This document shows, one piece after another, positions 9,278-17,965 of a DNA stretch of 53,719 nt. A program made the position numbers and the translations under genes. Position 1 is the first letter of the stretch. Every line of letters begins with the position of its first letter. The DNA is from Candidatus Levyibacteriota bacterium (lineage in GTDB: Bacteria > Patescibacteriota > Microgenomatia > Levybacterales > UBA12049), in contig JACPAR010000015.1 of assembly GCA_016180725.1 (NCBI GenBank), forward strand, positions 1 to 53,719, written 5' to 3'. A model generated the notes under the pieces. It made no database searches, was not told the DNA's origin, and saw only the letters and a list, made by a program, of their open reading frames with translations.

Positions 9278-10202
9278 CTTTTAGAATTAAAAGTTTTTTT
9301 GCTGCAACTTCTTCTGGTAAAAATTCTATATCTGAATTGTTTGCAATATATAAAACTTTAGGGTCAAGTCTTTTAAGAGTCTCTTTTATAAAAGACCTTA
9401 ATATAGCTTTATTTTCAAGAAGCGAATTCCTTCCGTCAACAATACCGGCAATAATATCAAATGGTATACGCCTTGGTAATGACTTAAGTGTTGTTTTATA
9501 AAAATCAACACCAACAACATCTGCTAATTTTTCATTACATAATTTTAAAACAAAAGGCGCCGCATCACCAAAATAAAAATGCACTGCAAATAAAGAATTT
9601 CCTTTTGATTTATATAAAGTTTTAAGTGAATCGATAAATAATTTTAGATCTTGATCATTTGCTCCGTGATATGGAAGATAAGGCTCGTTAAGCTGAATAA
9701 ATGATACACCCTTTTTATTTAAGTATTTTATAATTAATTGCAATATTTCTGTTGTTTTTGCAAGTCTTTCCTCAAAGGAGGCATCTCCTTCGCTTAATTT
9801 TGCAAATGTAAAAGGAGATGGCAGTGTTACTTTCCATTTTTTTGAGGGTTTTGTGTTTGGGAAAAAATCATCAAGCTTTCCGGTGTTTAAACGAACCTTT
9901 TTGCTAAAAATCGGTTGGCGGAAAAAGCTGTTGTTATTGAACCACCGGGTAAGCGCACCAACTTCTAAACCTTGCGTTGCTAAAACAATGGGTCGGAAAA
10001 TATCTTGCCAAGAAAGTTTCCCATCTTCGATGTAATCAAACGCTGCAGATTTCTGAAGCTTAAAAAGTTTTACAAGATCTGCTTTTTCTTGTTTTAATAA
10101 ATCCTTTTGAGAAAGGCGATTACGATCTACATCTCTACTTGTTTGGACAAGTTTTGCAGAGCGTGGATAAATACCATGTATAAAGTTTGCTATTTGTGTC
10201 AT
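9252..10202 (-). CDS. MetE N-terminal-barrel-like subunit (split MetE)
   Basis: GIYPRS, DGKLSWQD, TRWFNNNSFFRQP, LPSPFT, IQLNEP, YFGD, GIVDGRNS; lacks Zn ligands. Confidence 0.85.
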   Translation of the reverse strand: MTQIANFIHGIYPRSAKLVQTSRDVDRNRLSQKDLLKQEKADLVKLFKLQKSAAFDYIEDGKLSWQDIFRPIVLATQGLEVGALTRWFNNNSFFRQPIFSKKVRLNTGKLDDFFPNTKPSKKWKVTLPSPFTFAKLSEGDASFEERLAKTTEILQLIIKYLNKKGVSFIQLNEPYLPYHGANDQDLKLFIDSLKTLYKSKGNSLFAVHFYFGDAAPFVLKLCNEKLADVVGVDFYKTTLKSLPRRIPFDIIAGIVDGRNSLLENKAILRSFIKETLKRLDPKVLYIANNSDIEFLPEEVAAKKLLILKDVKTYFQK

Positions 10203-11170
10203 ATTATTTTTCTTCTTGGTTGATTTAAATATATATTAGATAATTCTTCAACAAGAATAAAAGAAAGTTCAAGATTGTGAATACTAACATGCTCTACGTT
10301 TAAACCTAATGGAATACAAATACCATTTTCTTTTACAAAACGCAAGATATCAGAAAGAATTTTTTTGCACACCTGAATTGAATTCCATCCCATACCAATC
10401 CACCCTGTTGCCAACTTTTTGATGGTTTTTTCGGGAACATTAACGCCTAACCACCTAAGAAGCTCCACATCCTTTGGTGTTGCAATAGGCGCAAAACTTA
10501 AAAATACCATTGGAGGTTTAATATGTTTTTTCACGCACTCTTCCCACAACTGCTTAAGAAATTGCTTGATAAACCAATCTTCGAAAAGAATTTGTGTTGT
10601 AAAAAATGTAATACCTGATTGTGTTTTTTGCAAGACCCGCAATATCTCGTGTTTGCGAGTTGGAATAATAATACCACCTAAACAAATATTTGGAAATTCT
10701 TCTTGAAATTGACCTTTCACCCACGCTGCCGCATCGTTTACCGATAATCCAGGATATGCAATTTTACTTGACTCCCCCCCAACAAAAACATAATTTTGCA
10801 CATTATATTTTCGACAGGTTTCTTTTAACCACAATTGCTGTTTTTCCCATGGCAAATAGACAATGGGTCTATTAATAATAAGATCCCACATACCGTACTT
10901 TTGCAAGAACGGACAGACGAGTCTTGGCTCCATTTTTGCCAATGCAGGCGAGATTCGAATGCCATTACGGGTTTCTTCCCGAACTTCCGGTAGGTTAATC
11001 GCATCAACCGGGAATTTCGAAAGAATAGTGGCAAAGAGCGAGATCGACTTGTCGATGTCTTGAGAAGATAAGTTTTTTGGCGGCGGAAGAAATTCATAAA
11101 GAATTGTTTTATCCCCTCTTCTAATTTTTTGGGCAAATGTTTTTTTGATGGTATTTTTTTTCATTTTCAT
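10199..11170 (-). CDS. Methylenetetrahydrofolate reductase-like, resembling the mycobacterial type
   Basis: YEFLPP, INLPEV, FVGGE, GGIIIPTR, G..FFTTQIL, LSF, L.WLG, GLNVE; sits in a Met operon. Confidence 0.75.
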   Translation of the reverse strand: MKMKKNTIKKTFAQKIRRGDKTILYEFLPPPKNLSSQDIDKSISLFATILSKFPVDAINLPEVREETRNGIRISPALAKMEPRLVCPFLQKYGMWDLIINRPIVYLPWEKQQLWLKETCRKYNVQNYVFVGGESSKIAYPGLSVNDAAAWVKGQFQEEFPNICLGGIIIPTRKHEILRVLQKTQSGITFFTTQILFEDWFIKQFLKQLWEECVKKHIKPPMVFLSFAPIATPKDVELLRWLGVNVPEKTIKKLATGWIGMGWNSIQVCKKILSDILRFVKENGICIPLGLNVEHVSIHNLELSFILVEELSNIYLNQPRRKII

Positions 11171-11250
11171 ATCTTAATGATGCCTCTTTTCTTTTAATGT
11201 ATTTACGATAATTTTTATATACGATGGATTTGTCCCACAACATCCGCCAA

Positions 11251-11742
11251 TTAACAATGCGCCATCTTCAACCCATCTCGAAACTGAACTTGCATTACCA
11301 CCAATACTTCTTCTATTTCTCGACTTAAATAATCTTCTGCTGGTTCTGTCCTACCAGACAATGGATCTGCAACTTCCTCCCCAACCCTGATAAACCAATG
11401 GGTTACAGGATCTCCATTTTTGCCTCTTTGTCTTTTTTTACCTGCCACTAAATATGGTACTTGCGAATCATATGTATCTGGCGGAAATTCCAATTCAGCT
11501 CCTGTTAATGCTGTAACCTGATCTGAAGATAATCCATCTGCACTAATGGGCAAAGTGCCTATCGGCCAACCAAGCATACTTAGACATGCTTCTCCACAAT
11601 AACTTGATCCTTCCGGTTGTCTTAACACAAACAATGCAACCTCACCAACATGAAAAACATCTCCTGTTGGAGTAAACACCCTTGGATCAGGTTGAACTTT
11701 TTGATCTATTCTTCCCTGTCTGTATGCTTCTATGTCTGCCAT
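11251..11742 (-). CDS. Papain-like/C39-like cysteine peptidase-domain protein
   Basis: Q....CG.ACL.M (LRQPEGSSYCGEACLSM), HWFI, ADP catalytic pattern. Confidence 0.65.
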   Translation of the reverse strand: MADIEAYRQGRIDQKVQPDPRVFTPTGDVFHVGEVALFVLRQPEGSSYCGEACLSMLGWPIGTLPISADGLSSDQVTALTGAELEFPPDTYDSQVPYLVAGKKRQRGKNGDPVTHWFIRVGEEVADPLSGRTEPAEDYLSREIEEVLVVMQVQFRDGLKMAHC

Positions 11743-11746
11743 AAGA

Positions 11747-12922
11747 TTATTGGAATTTTCTTAGTCCTTCTTTGAAAGCCGTTGTTAATATTTCCATTTG
11801 CTCTGGAGTTTCTAATCCACCAGAAACGCGAACCGCAGAATAACTTGGATCAAACCATATACGTGTTTTAGGAAAACCAAAACTTTGTCCTAACTCACAA
11901 AGTTCTCTTACAGTTGGATTATCCCATAAAGCCTGTGCCATGGCGTATTGATCTTCATCGTTAAATCCCATGGATTGAATATAAAACACTGGCGATGCTC
12001 CATCTGGAAATAACCTTTGCGCTAATTTAAAATTGGGATGGGAAGGTAGATTTGGGTGAAAAACAGCAAATTTTCCAGTCTCCTCACCAACCTCAGCACA
12101 AGCTTTTGCAAGTGCAAGTGTGTTTCTAAAAATTACTTTATTTCTCCTATCAAATTCTTCTTTTGTAGGCAAAATTACTTGCTCTACTGTTCTAACTGTA
12201 GACGGCGGTGTTAAAGACCCTATCATTTGCCTTCTTCCTCTTAATTTAGCAAGAATATCTTGATTATTTGTTGTTGCTATACCAAATATATCTTGATTCA
12301 ATGCATAAAACTTTGTTCCACTTTCTACAACAATTACGGGAAATGGCAAATCTTTTATTCTCTTTGCCAACGGTAAACCAGTAGGTGTTGCAAGTGTATT
12401 ATCTAATATAATTAGGGGTTTCTTTTCTAAAGCTGCAACTTCTGCAAACAGCTCCTCGGTATCCAGAACTGGCATATCCTGCCCGTTTGTTACCGTCTCG
12501 AAAAAAACAATATCTGGATTCATCCTTCTAATTGCGCTGGAAACAGAAGTTGGAGAACCTGTATCAACCATTGCAACGCGAGCGCCCCGTTGATCCCTCA
12601 GAACATTTTCTACATACCGTCCTATCTGGCTATAAAATTGCTCTGGATACAGGGTAACCGTATCCCTACTTGGGCCGGCTATTTCCAATGCATCAACAAC
12701 TGCACTCATACCTGTGTTGTATAAAACAACATCTTTGCCCTCTACCCCCATTAACGTACCTACGTGTGCCTCCAGCCTCGCTAACGCAAGTGTTCCGTCA
12801 CGAAAATACAAATTTTCAGGCTTTCCTGTTCGCTTTGCTTCCAATGCACACCTTGCCGCCTCAATTGACGAAAAAGGTGGTACTCCGCTTATTCCTCTTT
12901 CTATAAATGTTGCTACTGCCAT
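11747..12922 (-). CDS. PLP-dependent Cys/Met metabolism enzyme (cystathionine gamma-synthase/beta-lyase family), divergent
   Basis: Y.R, NTGMSAV, FETVTN, LDNTLATP, ESGTKF (PLP lysine), SFG, RVSGGLE. Confidence 0.85.
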   Translation of the reverse strand: MAVATFIERGISGVPPFSSIEAARCALEAKRTGKPENLYFRDGTLALARLEAHVGTLMGVEGKDVVLYNTGMSAVVDALEIAGPSRDTVTLYPEQFYSQIGRYVENVLRDQRGARVAMVDTGSPTSVSSAIRRMNPDIVFFETVTNGQDMPVLDTEELFAEVAALEKKPLIILDNTLATPTGLPLAKRIKDLPFPVIVVESGTKFYALNQDIFGIATTNNQDILAKLRGRRQMIGSLTPPSTVRTVEQVILPTKEEFDRRNKVIFRNTLALAKACAEVGEETGKFAVFHPNLPSHPNFKLAQRLFPDGASPVFYIQSMGFNDEDQYAMAQALWDNPTVRELCELGQSFGFPKTRIWFDPSYSAVRVSGGLETPEQMEILTTAFKEGLRKFQ

Positions 12923-12950
12923 AAAAAAACCTCTCTAAAAAAGAGAGGTT
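12923..12950 (-). terminator. Riboswitch expression-platform terminator that also overlaps the RBS
   Basis: AACCTCTCT-TTTTT-AGAGAGGTT followed by a T-run that abuts the ATG; GAGG lies in the 3' stem. Confidence 0.8.
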
Positions 12951-12987
12951 ATACTTTTTTCCCACTTCGCATTAAGCTCCGCGGGAC

Positions 12988-13125
12988 GCATCCTCCCCTT
13001 TAAGGGCTGGGGTTAGCACCGTGCTCGAATGAAAGGTCCTTCGTCGCAAAGCTCCTCAGGACGACCTTCGGTCGGTTGCTGGGTGAGTCATCGGGCCAGT
13101 CCCCTCGTCACCACTCTTTATGTTT
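12988..13125 (-). ncRNA. SAM-I clan riboswitch (SAM-I or SAM-I/IV)
   Basis: CATAAAGAG..GAGGGGACTGGCCCGATGA..CAGCAACC..CACGGTGCTAA..GGATG; upstream of a Met operon. Confidence 0.9.
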
Positions 13126-13135
13126 AATTGTTATT

Positions 13136-13187
13136 ATTATAAAGATATTCTTCGCCACTTGTCAAGATGGGCTTTTTGTGGTATATT
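13136..13187. promoter_or_regulatory. Overlapping divergent sigma70 promoters
   Basis: Minus strand TTGACA(13165-13160)-N18-TATAAT(13141-13136); plus strand TTGTCA(13159)-N17-TATATT(13182) with extended TG. Confidence 0.75.
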
Positions 13188-13207
13188 ATTAATAATCGAA
13201 AACTAAA

Positions 13208-13459
13208 AGCGCCCAAGCGAAGTCACGATTCGCGATGCTGATCCCCAAAATGGGATACGGAAGTTGAACCGTAAAATCCAACAGTCGATGTCAGCCTAGC
13301 GGAGTCGGCCTGAGAGTCTTAAAGGAAAATACTTTAAGAAATAAGGATGGGACCGCGGGAGGTCCCGATTTTAGTTTTTAGGGGTTAGGTTTTAGGTATT
13401 AGAGAAACTAATAACTACAAACTAATAACTAATTACTAACTATCGCCTCTCGTTCCTTA
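13208..13459 (+). ncRNA. T-box riboswitch, probable His (CAC) specifier
   Basis: Stem III TCTTAAAG/CTTTAAGA; TAAGGA-[TGGGACC bulge]-GCGGGAGG pairs with CCTCTCGT-TCCTTA (13446-13459); short 5' stem with CAC in its loop; hisS downstream. Confidence 0.75.
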
Positions 13460-14091
13460 CTTTACTCGTTGAGGATTGTCCAAGAAACGAGTGGGATCGT
13501 ATTGCTAAAGAAGGCTTACAAACTGTTGAGCAAGTTGGATTTATAGCAACAAATATACCATTCCCCACTCTTACCATGATGGGCGGAGAATTAAGTATTA
13601 ATGGTACGCTTGCATTCGCCAGACGACTGGACGGATCCGGGCAACTACAAACAAGCGGACTTTCTTCGTTGATAGATTACGAAAATAGAAATGGAACAAC
13701 ATCCATTAGAATTAACATGCCTTACAAAACTGATCGTTCAATTTTCGCAAATGAAGACGGAAAAAACAATATTGTTTTATTTGAAGGTATTGGCTATTTA
13801 TGCACTAACAAACAATCTGCCCCTACGATGGGCGAACTTGTTACCTTAGCTGAAAAATACAAATTACCTGCTTTTGGAATAGTTATCTATAGCAATAATC
13901 AAATTTTTCCGTTTGTTTATGTTGGTAAAACGCAATCTATGGTCGCTGAAAGTGCTTGCGGCTCTGGAAGCATTGCGTTGAATATTCTTACCGGTCAACA
14001 ACGGATAGTACAGCCAACAGGAAAAACAATAGAGGTTAATCATGTTAAAGATAGATTTACTATAACGGCTAAAGTTGATATGATAAGGTAA
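13429..14091 (+). CDS. DapF/CntK (histidine racemase)-like protein, 5' end lacks a start codon (possibly truncated)
   Basis: Frame open from 13429: TLLVE..EQVGFI..MMGGELSING..ESACGSGS..QPTG; first ATG is at 13576. Confidence 0.65.
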   Translation, partial: LITNYRLSFLTLLVEDCPRNEWDRIAKEGLQTVEQVGFIATNIPFPTLTMMGGELSINGTLAFARRLDGSGQLQTSGLSSLIDYENRNGTTSIRINMPYKTDRSIFANEDGKNNIVLFEGIGYLCTNKQSAPTMGELVTLAEKYKLPAFGIVIYSNNQIFPFVYVGKTQSMVAESACGSGSIALNILTGQQRIVQPTGKTIEVNHVKDRFTITAKVDMIR

Positions 14092-14109
14092 AGATATAAA
14101 GACACAAAC

Positions 14110-14205
14110 ACTTATCCTTCGACTTCGCTCAGGCCTTCGGCTCTGAGGCTCAGGTCTTCGACTCCGAAGACGCTCAGCCTCGAGGAGCTCGAAGAGATAA
14201 AGTTT
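14110..14205. repeat. Nested palindromic element cluster upstream of hisS
   Basis: CCTTCGACTTCGCTCAGG, GTCTTCG-ACTC-CGAAGAC, CTGAGGCTCAG, inside ACTTATC/GATAAAGT. Confidence 0.7.
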
Positions 14206-14215
14206 TATTAATTAC

Positions 14216-15481
14216 ATGAAAAATGTTGAACCAAAAACTTTAAAAGGATTTAGAGATTTTTTACCCAAGGAGACAAAAAAGAGGCAGTATGCAATTGATA
14301 CCTTGAAAAAGGTGTTTGAGTCCTATGGCTTTGAGCCACTAGAAACTCCGGCGCTTGAATACGAAGAGGTTTTACTTGGTAAATACGGCGAAGAAGGAGA
14401 TAAACTTATGTATCGGTTTGTGGATAACGGTGGCAGAAGAGTTGCATTGCGATATGACCAAACCGTTCCCCTTTCCCGCGTTGTTGCGCAGTACTCGCCT
14501 CGCGGCGGAGCGGGCCAGAATGAATTATCAATGCCGTTTAAAAGATATCAGATTCAACCAGTTTGGCGGGCGGAAAACACGCAAAAAGGAAGATTTAGGG
14601 AATTTTTACAGTGCGATGTAGATATCGTAGGCACTACCTCTCCCCTTTCTGATGCCGAGGTTATTGCTGTTGCTACAAACGCACTCAAAACCTTAGGTTT
14701 TAAAGATTATAAAGTTTTAATAAACGATAGAAATAATTTTTCTTACTTTCAGGAATCGATGAATCTATCCCAAGAACAAGTAATGGCAGTTATTCGCGCT
14801 ATTGATAAACTCAAAAAAATTGGCAGAGATGGAGTTATAAACGAACTTAAGGAAAAAGGATTTTCTTACGATCAGGCCGCAACTGTAATCGACAGCATCA
14901 GCAACATTAAACCAACAGAATATATTCTTGAGATTATGCAAAACCTTAAAAAAATGGGCATTAAGGAAGAGCGCATTCAATTCTATCCCACACTTGCTCG
15001 AGGCCTCGACTACTATACAGATTTAATTTTTGAAATTGAGATCGAAGGGTATACTGCCGGTTCTGTGTGCGGTGGAGGCAGATATGACAAACTCATTGCT
15101 ATGTTTTCCGACAAAGATATTCCTGCTGTTGGTTTTGCCTTTGGGTTTGACAGATTGATTGAGGCGATGGATGCCCTAAAGTTATTTCCAGATAATTTGG
15201 AAACAACCAAGGTGCTTGTAACTATTTTTTCTAAAGAACTAAAAGAAAAATCCATTGAAATCAGTTCTCGACTTCGCTCGAACAATATTAATACCGAAAT
15301 TTACCTAGACGAAAATGCAAAGCTAGAAAAACAACTAAAATACGCAGATCAAAAAGGAATCCCTTATGTTGTTGTTATTGGCCCTGAAGAAGCAGAAAAA
15401 AACCAAATAACCCTTAAAAACATGCAGACTAGAGAGCAAAAAACATTTAATCAAGAAGGTTTAGTCAAAGAACTAGCCTGA
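14216..15481 (+). CDS. hisS: Histidyl-tRNA synthetase
   Basis: KGFRDFLP, LRYDQT, GRFREFLQCD, RGLDYY, GGGRYD, GFAFGFDR, anticodon-binding C-terminus. Confidence 0.98.
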   Translation: MKNVEPKTLKGFRDFLPKETKKRQYAIDTLKKVFESYGFEPLETPALEYEEVLLGKYGEEGDKLMYRFVDNGGRRVALRYDQTVPLSRVVAQYSPRGGAGQNELSMPFKRYQIQPVWRAENTQKGRFREFLQCDVDIVGTTSPLSDAEVIAVATNALKTLGFKDYKVLINDRNNFSYFQESMNLSQEQVMAVIRAIDKLKKIGRDGVINELKEKGFSYDQAATVIDSISNIKPTEYILEIMQNLKKMGIKEERIQFYPTLARGLDYYTDLIFEIEIEGYTAGSVCGGGRYDKLIAMFSDKDIPAVGFAFGFDRLIEAMDALKLFPDNLETTKVLVTIFSKELKEKSIEISSRLRSNNINTEIYLDENAKLEKQLKYADQKGIPYVVVIGPEEAEKNQITLKNMQTREQKTFNQEGLVKELA

Positions 15482-16564
15482 TCCAGGCCGTACCCTTTCC
15501 CTATTTAGCCGTCGCTCCTTTGCAGCTTCTGCTCTATCAAAGATTATCCCCTCCTCTCCAGATTCTACAAGCTGCCGAAATTTTCGTCCGTCTACCATCC
15601 TATAAGTTCCTCTTTGATCCTGCCCATATCCTCCACTACGAGTGCCAACCACAATAAATGCTTCTTCTTGTAAAAGACTGGTCTGAAACCATCCCAAATT
15701 AACTTCGCTTCCTAAAGTCTTGTACGCAAGCAGCAATGTCCTGTCTCCCTGTCTTGCGCGCAGCACAGCATCAAAAAATACTTCAAGACGTAATTGCTGC
15801 ATGGGACTTGCTGGTAAATTTCTTTCATGCCTTTTGTAAAATGTTATTAACCGCTCTTTCATTGCCATGCTAACAGGTATAAATCCTGCTACTAATAATT
15901 TCCTGGCAATAGCAAAATCAAATTCCTGCTCTTGTGTGTAAGAAGGTTTTTTTTCGCCTCTTTTTATCCCTACGTGGGCTATACTCCTTGCTGCACTTGT
16001 TTCATTTTGGGTTGGTTTAGGAAGTAGTCCTGAAGAGGCTTTTGCTTTTTTTCTAACACCGTGAAGCGATCTTTCTACCTGTTCGTGTTTTAACCCTGTT
16101 GTTTCAACAACATCTCTTATGGAAAATCCCCTTGCAAGCAATGGCAGACAAAAAAGTGTAATGCCGCCTCGACTTTTGCTCATGGCAAGTCTATATTCCT
16201 CTGTTCTGGGGTAATTACCAACACCAATTGGTTCACAATATCCAGATTTACCAAGATCGGTAGCAGTATCAGAGACTTGTCCCCTTGTTAAATTACCCAA
16301 TTCCTCTGTAATTTCGTCCAAATTAAGACCGCGCCTTAAAGCCTCAAGGACCCTAGCCCTATGCGATCCTGGTTTTGGCTCATTACTCCTGCGTTCTTCT
16401 CGCGTAATCACACCATCTTTGTAGAGTTTTCCTGTTGCAGTAGTAACCTGTCTTCTGGAAAGACCTGTTTGCGCTGCTATATCCTCTACTGATCGTTGTG
16501 CGCGAAGATATGGAAGCACTATATCCGTTCTTGTTATCCGACGAGGATCTTTTTCTGCACCCAT
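15473..16564 (-). CDS. Hypothetical DNA-binding protein with three HTH-like repeats
   Basis: SVEDIAAQTGLSRRQV, NLDEITEELGNLTRGQV, SIRDVVETTGLKHEQV. Confidence 0.6.
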   Translation of the reverse strand: MGAEKDPRRITRTDIVLPYLRAQRSVEDIAAQTGLSRRQVTTATGKLYKDGVITREERRSNEPKPGSHRARVLEALRRGLNLDEITEELGNLTRGQVSDTATDLGKSGYCEPIGVGNYPRTEEYRLAMSKSRGGITLFCLPLLARGFSIRDVVETTGLKHEQVERSLHGVRKKAKASSGLLPKPTQNETSAARSIAHVGIKRGEKKPSYTQEQEFDFAIARKLLVAGFIPVSMAMKERLITFYKRHERNLPASPMQQLRLEVFFDAVLRARQGDRTLLLAYKTLGSEVNLGWFQTSLLQEEAFIVVGTRSGGYGQDQRGTYRMVDGRKFRQLVESGEEGIIFDRAEAAKERRLNRERVRPGSG

Positions 16565-16632
16565 AAGCCGCTAGTATAGTATAGCCATATTTTAATTGCA
16601 ATTTTTAGGCCTCTCTGGTAAAATAGATTTAT

Positions 16633-16929
16633 ATGAAAGCAAATATCCACCCAAAATATAACCAAGCGCAGGTTTCTTGTGCTTGCGGAAACAAATTTAC
16701 AATTGGTTCTACCCAGGAAGTAATTAGAGTGGAACTTTGTAATAAATGTCACCCATTCTACACAGGCGAACAAAGATTTGTAGATGCAGCTTCCAGAATT
16801 CAGAAATTCCAGAAAAAACAGCAATCTGCACAAGGTTATGTAAGTAAAAAGGCTAAAAAAGAAGAGAAAAAAAAGGTAAAATCTTCCCAGCCCCGAACTC
16901 TCCGCGAAATGCTTGAGTCATTAAAATAG
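16633..16929 (+). CDS. rpmE: 50S ribosomal protein L31
   Basis: [26 protein letters not shown]; C-terminal extension. Confidence 0.97.
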   Translation: MKANIHPKYNQAQVSCACGNKFTIGSTQEVIRVELCNKCHPFYTGEQRFVDAASRIQKFQKKQQSAQGYVSKKAKKEEKKKVKSSQPRTLREMLESLK

Positions 16930-16935
16930 CTTGGT

Positions 16936-17041
16936 GCGAATGCATCCGAATAAAAATACTCCGAATATATCCGAATCCTTCTATGGTATTCGAAACGATT
17001 ATTCGGATTCATTTGAATTAATAATTCGGATCAATTCGTAT
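16936..17041. repeat. Intergenic imperfect inverted-repeat array (CCGAAT/ATTCGG)
   Basis: Several TCCGAAT units followed by ATTCGGA units. Confidence 0.65.
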
Positions 17042-17047
17042 TTCACA

Positions 17048-17965
17048 ATGGATAACTCATATTTACTTGTACAAATTGAAGAGTTGGATAAAAAAATCAA
17101 AGAAACCGAAAGCTTGTTACAAGATCCGGAACTTTCCCCTATGGCAAAAGAAGAAATACAAAAATTAACCCAGCAAAAAGAAGTACTGCAAAATGCCCTT
17201 AAAGCTTTGAATCAAGAAACAGCAACTACTTCAGGCGGTAATTCAGACCTCGATGAGCGAAACGTTATTTTACAAGTAAGCGGCGCAGCCGGCGGAGAAG
17301 AAGCTAAAATATGGGCGCAGGATTTAATCAGGATGTATTCAAGATTTGCCCAATTAAGAGGCTTTAAAGTAGAGGCTTTAGATGAGGATGTCATTAAAAT
17401 CTCAGGAAATAATGTATTTGGAACTTTTAAATACGAAGCAGGTGTACACAGAGTACAAAGAACTCCCGAAACCGAAAAAAGAGGCCGTATACACACCTCT
17501 ACCGCTACTGTTTCTGTGCTGCCTGAACTAGAAGATATTGATTTACATATTAGTCCAGAGGATATTGATTTTGAAGCTTTTCGGGCAGGCGGACACGGAG
17601 GCCAAAACGTTAATAAAGTTTCCTCTGCTGTTAGAATTGTTCATAAACCCAGCGGAATTGTTGTAGTTTCGCGGGCAGAACGTTCCCAAGGACAAAACCG
17701 GGAAATCGCAATGGAACTTTTAAGGGCAAAATTGTGGGAGATCGAACTAGAAAAACAACACGAAGAAATTAGTTCTCTAAAATCAACCCAGGTAGGCCGC
17801 GGCATGCGGGCAGAAAAAATCAGAACCTACAACTTTCCTCAAGACAGACTAACTGATCACCGGATTAGCCAGTCCTGGCACAACCTTCCCTCTTTGCTTG
17901 ATGGAAATATTAACGAAGTCGTAGAAAACGTTAAAACAGCTCTAGAAACTACCCAAGCCGCATAA
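17048..17965 (+). CDS. prfA: Peptide chain release factor 1
   Basis: [12 protein letters not shown] (PxT motif), [20 protein letters not shown]; start at ATG 17048, follows rpmE. Confidence 0.93.
   Translation: MDNSYLLVQIEELDKKIKETESLLQDPELSPMAKEEIQKLTQQKEVLQNALKALNQETATTSGGNSDLDERNVILQVSGAAGGEEAKIWAQDLIRMYSRFAQLRGFKVEALDEDVIKISGNNVFGTFKYEAGVHRVQRTPETEKRGRIHTSTATVSVLPELEDIDLHISPEDIDFEAFRAGGHGGQNVNKVSSAVRIVHKPSGIVVVSRAERSQGQNREIAMELLRAKLWEIELEKQHEEISSLKSTQVGRGMRAEKIRTYNFPQDRLTDHRISQSWHNLPSLLDGNINEVVENVKTALETTQAA

Noticed and set aside
16931-17047. N-terminal extension of RF1 in the ORF track
   Set aside because: It translates an inverted-repeat spacer from a TTG; ATG 17048 fits better
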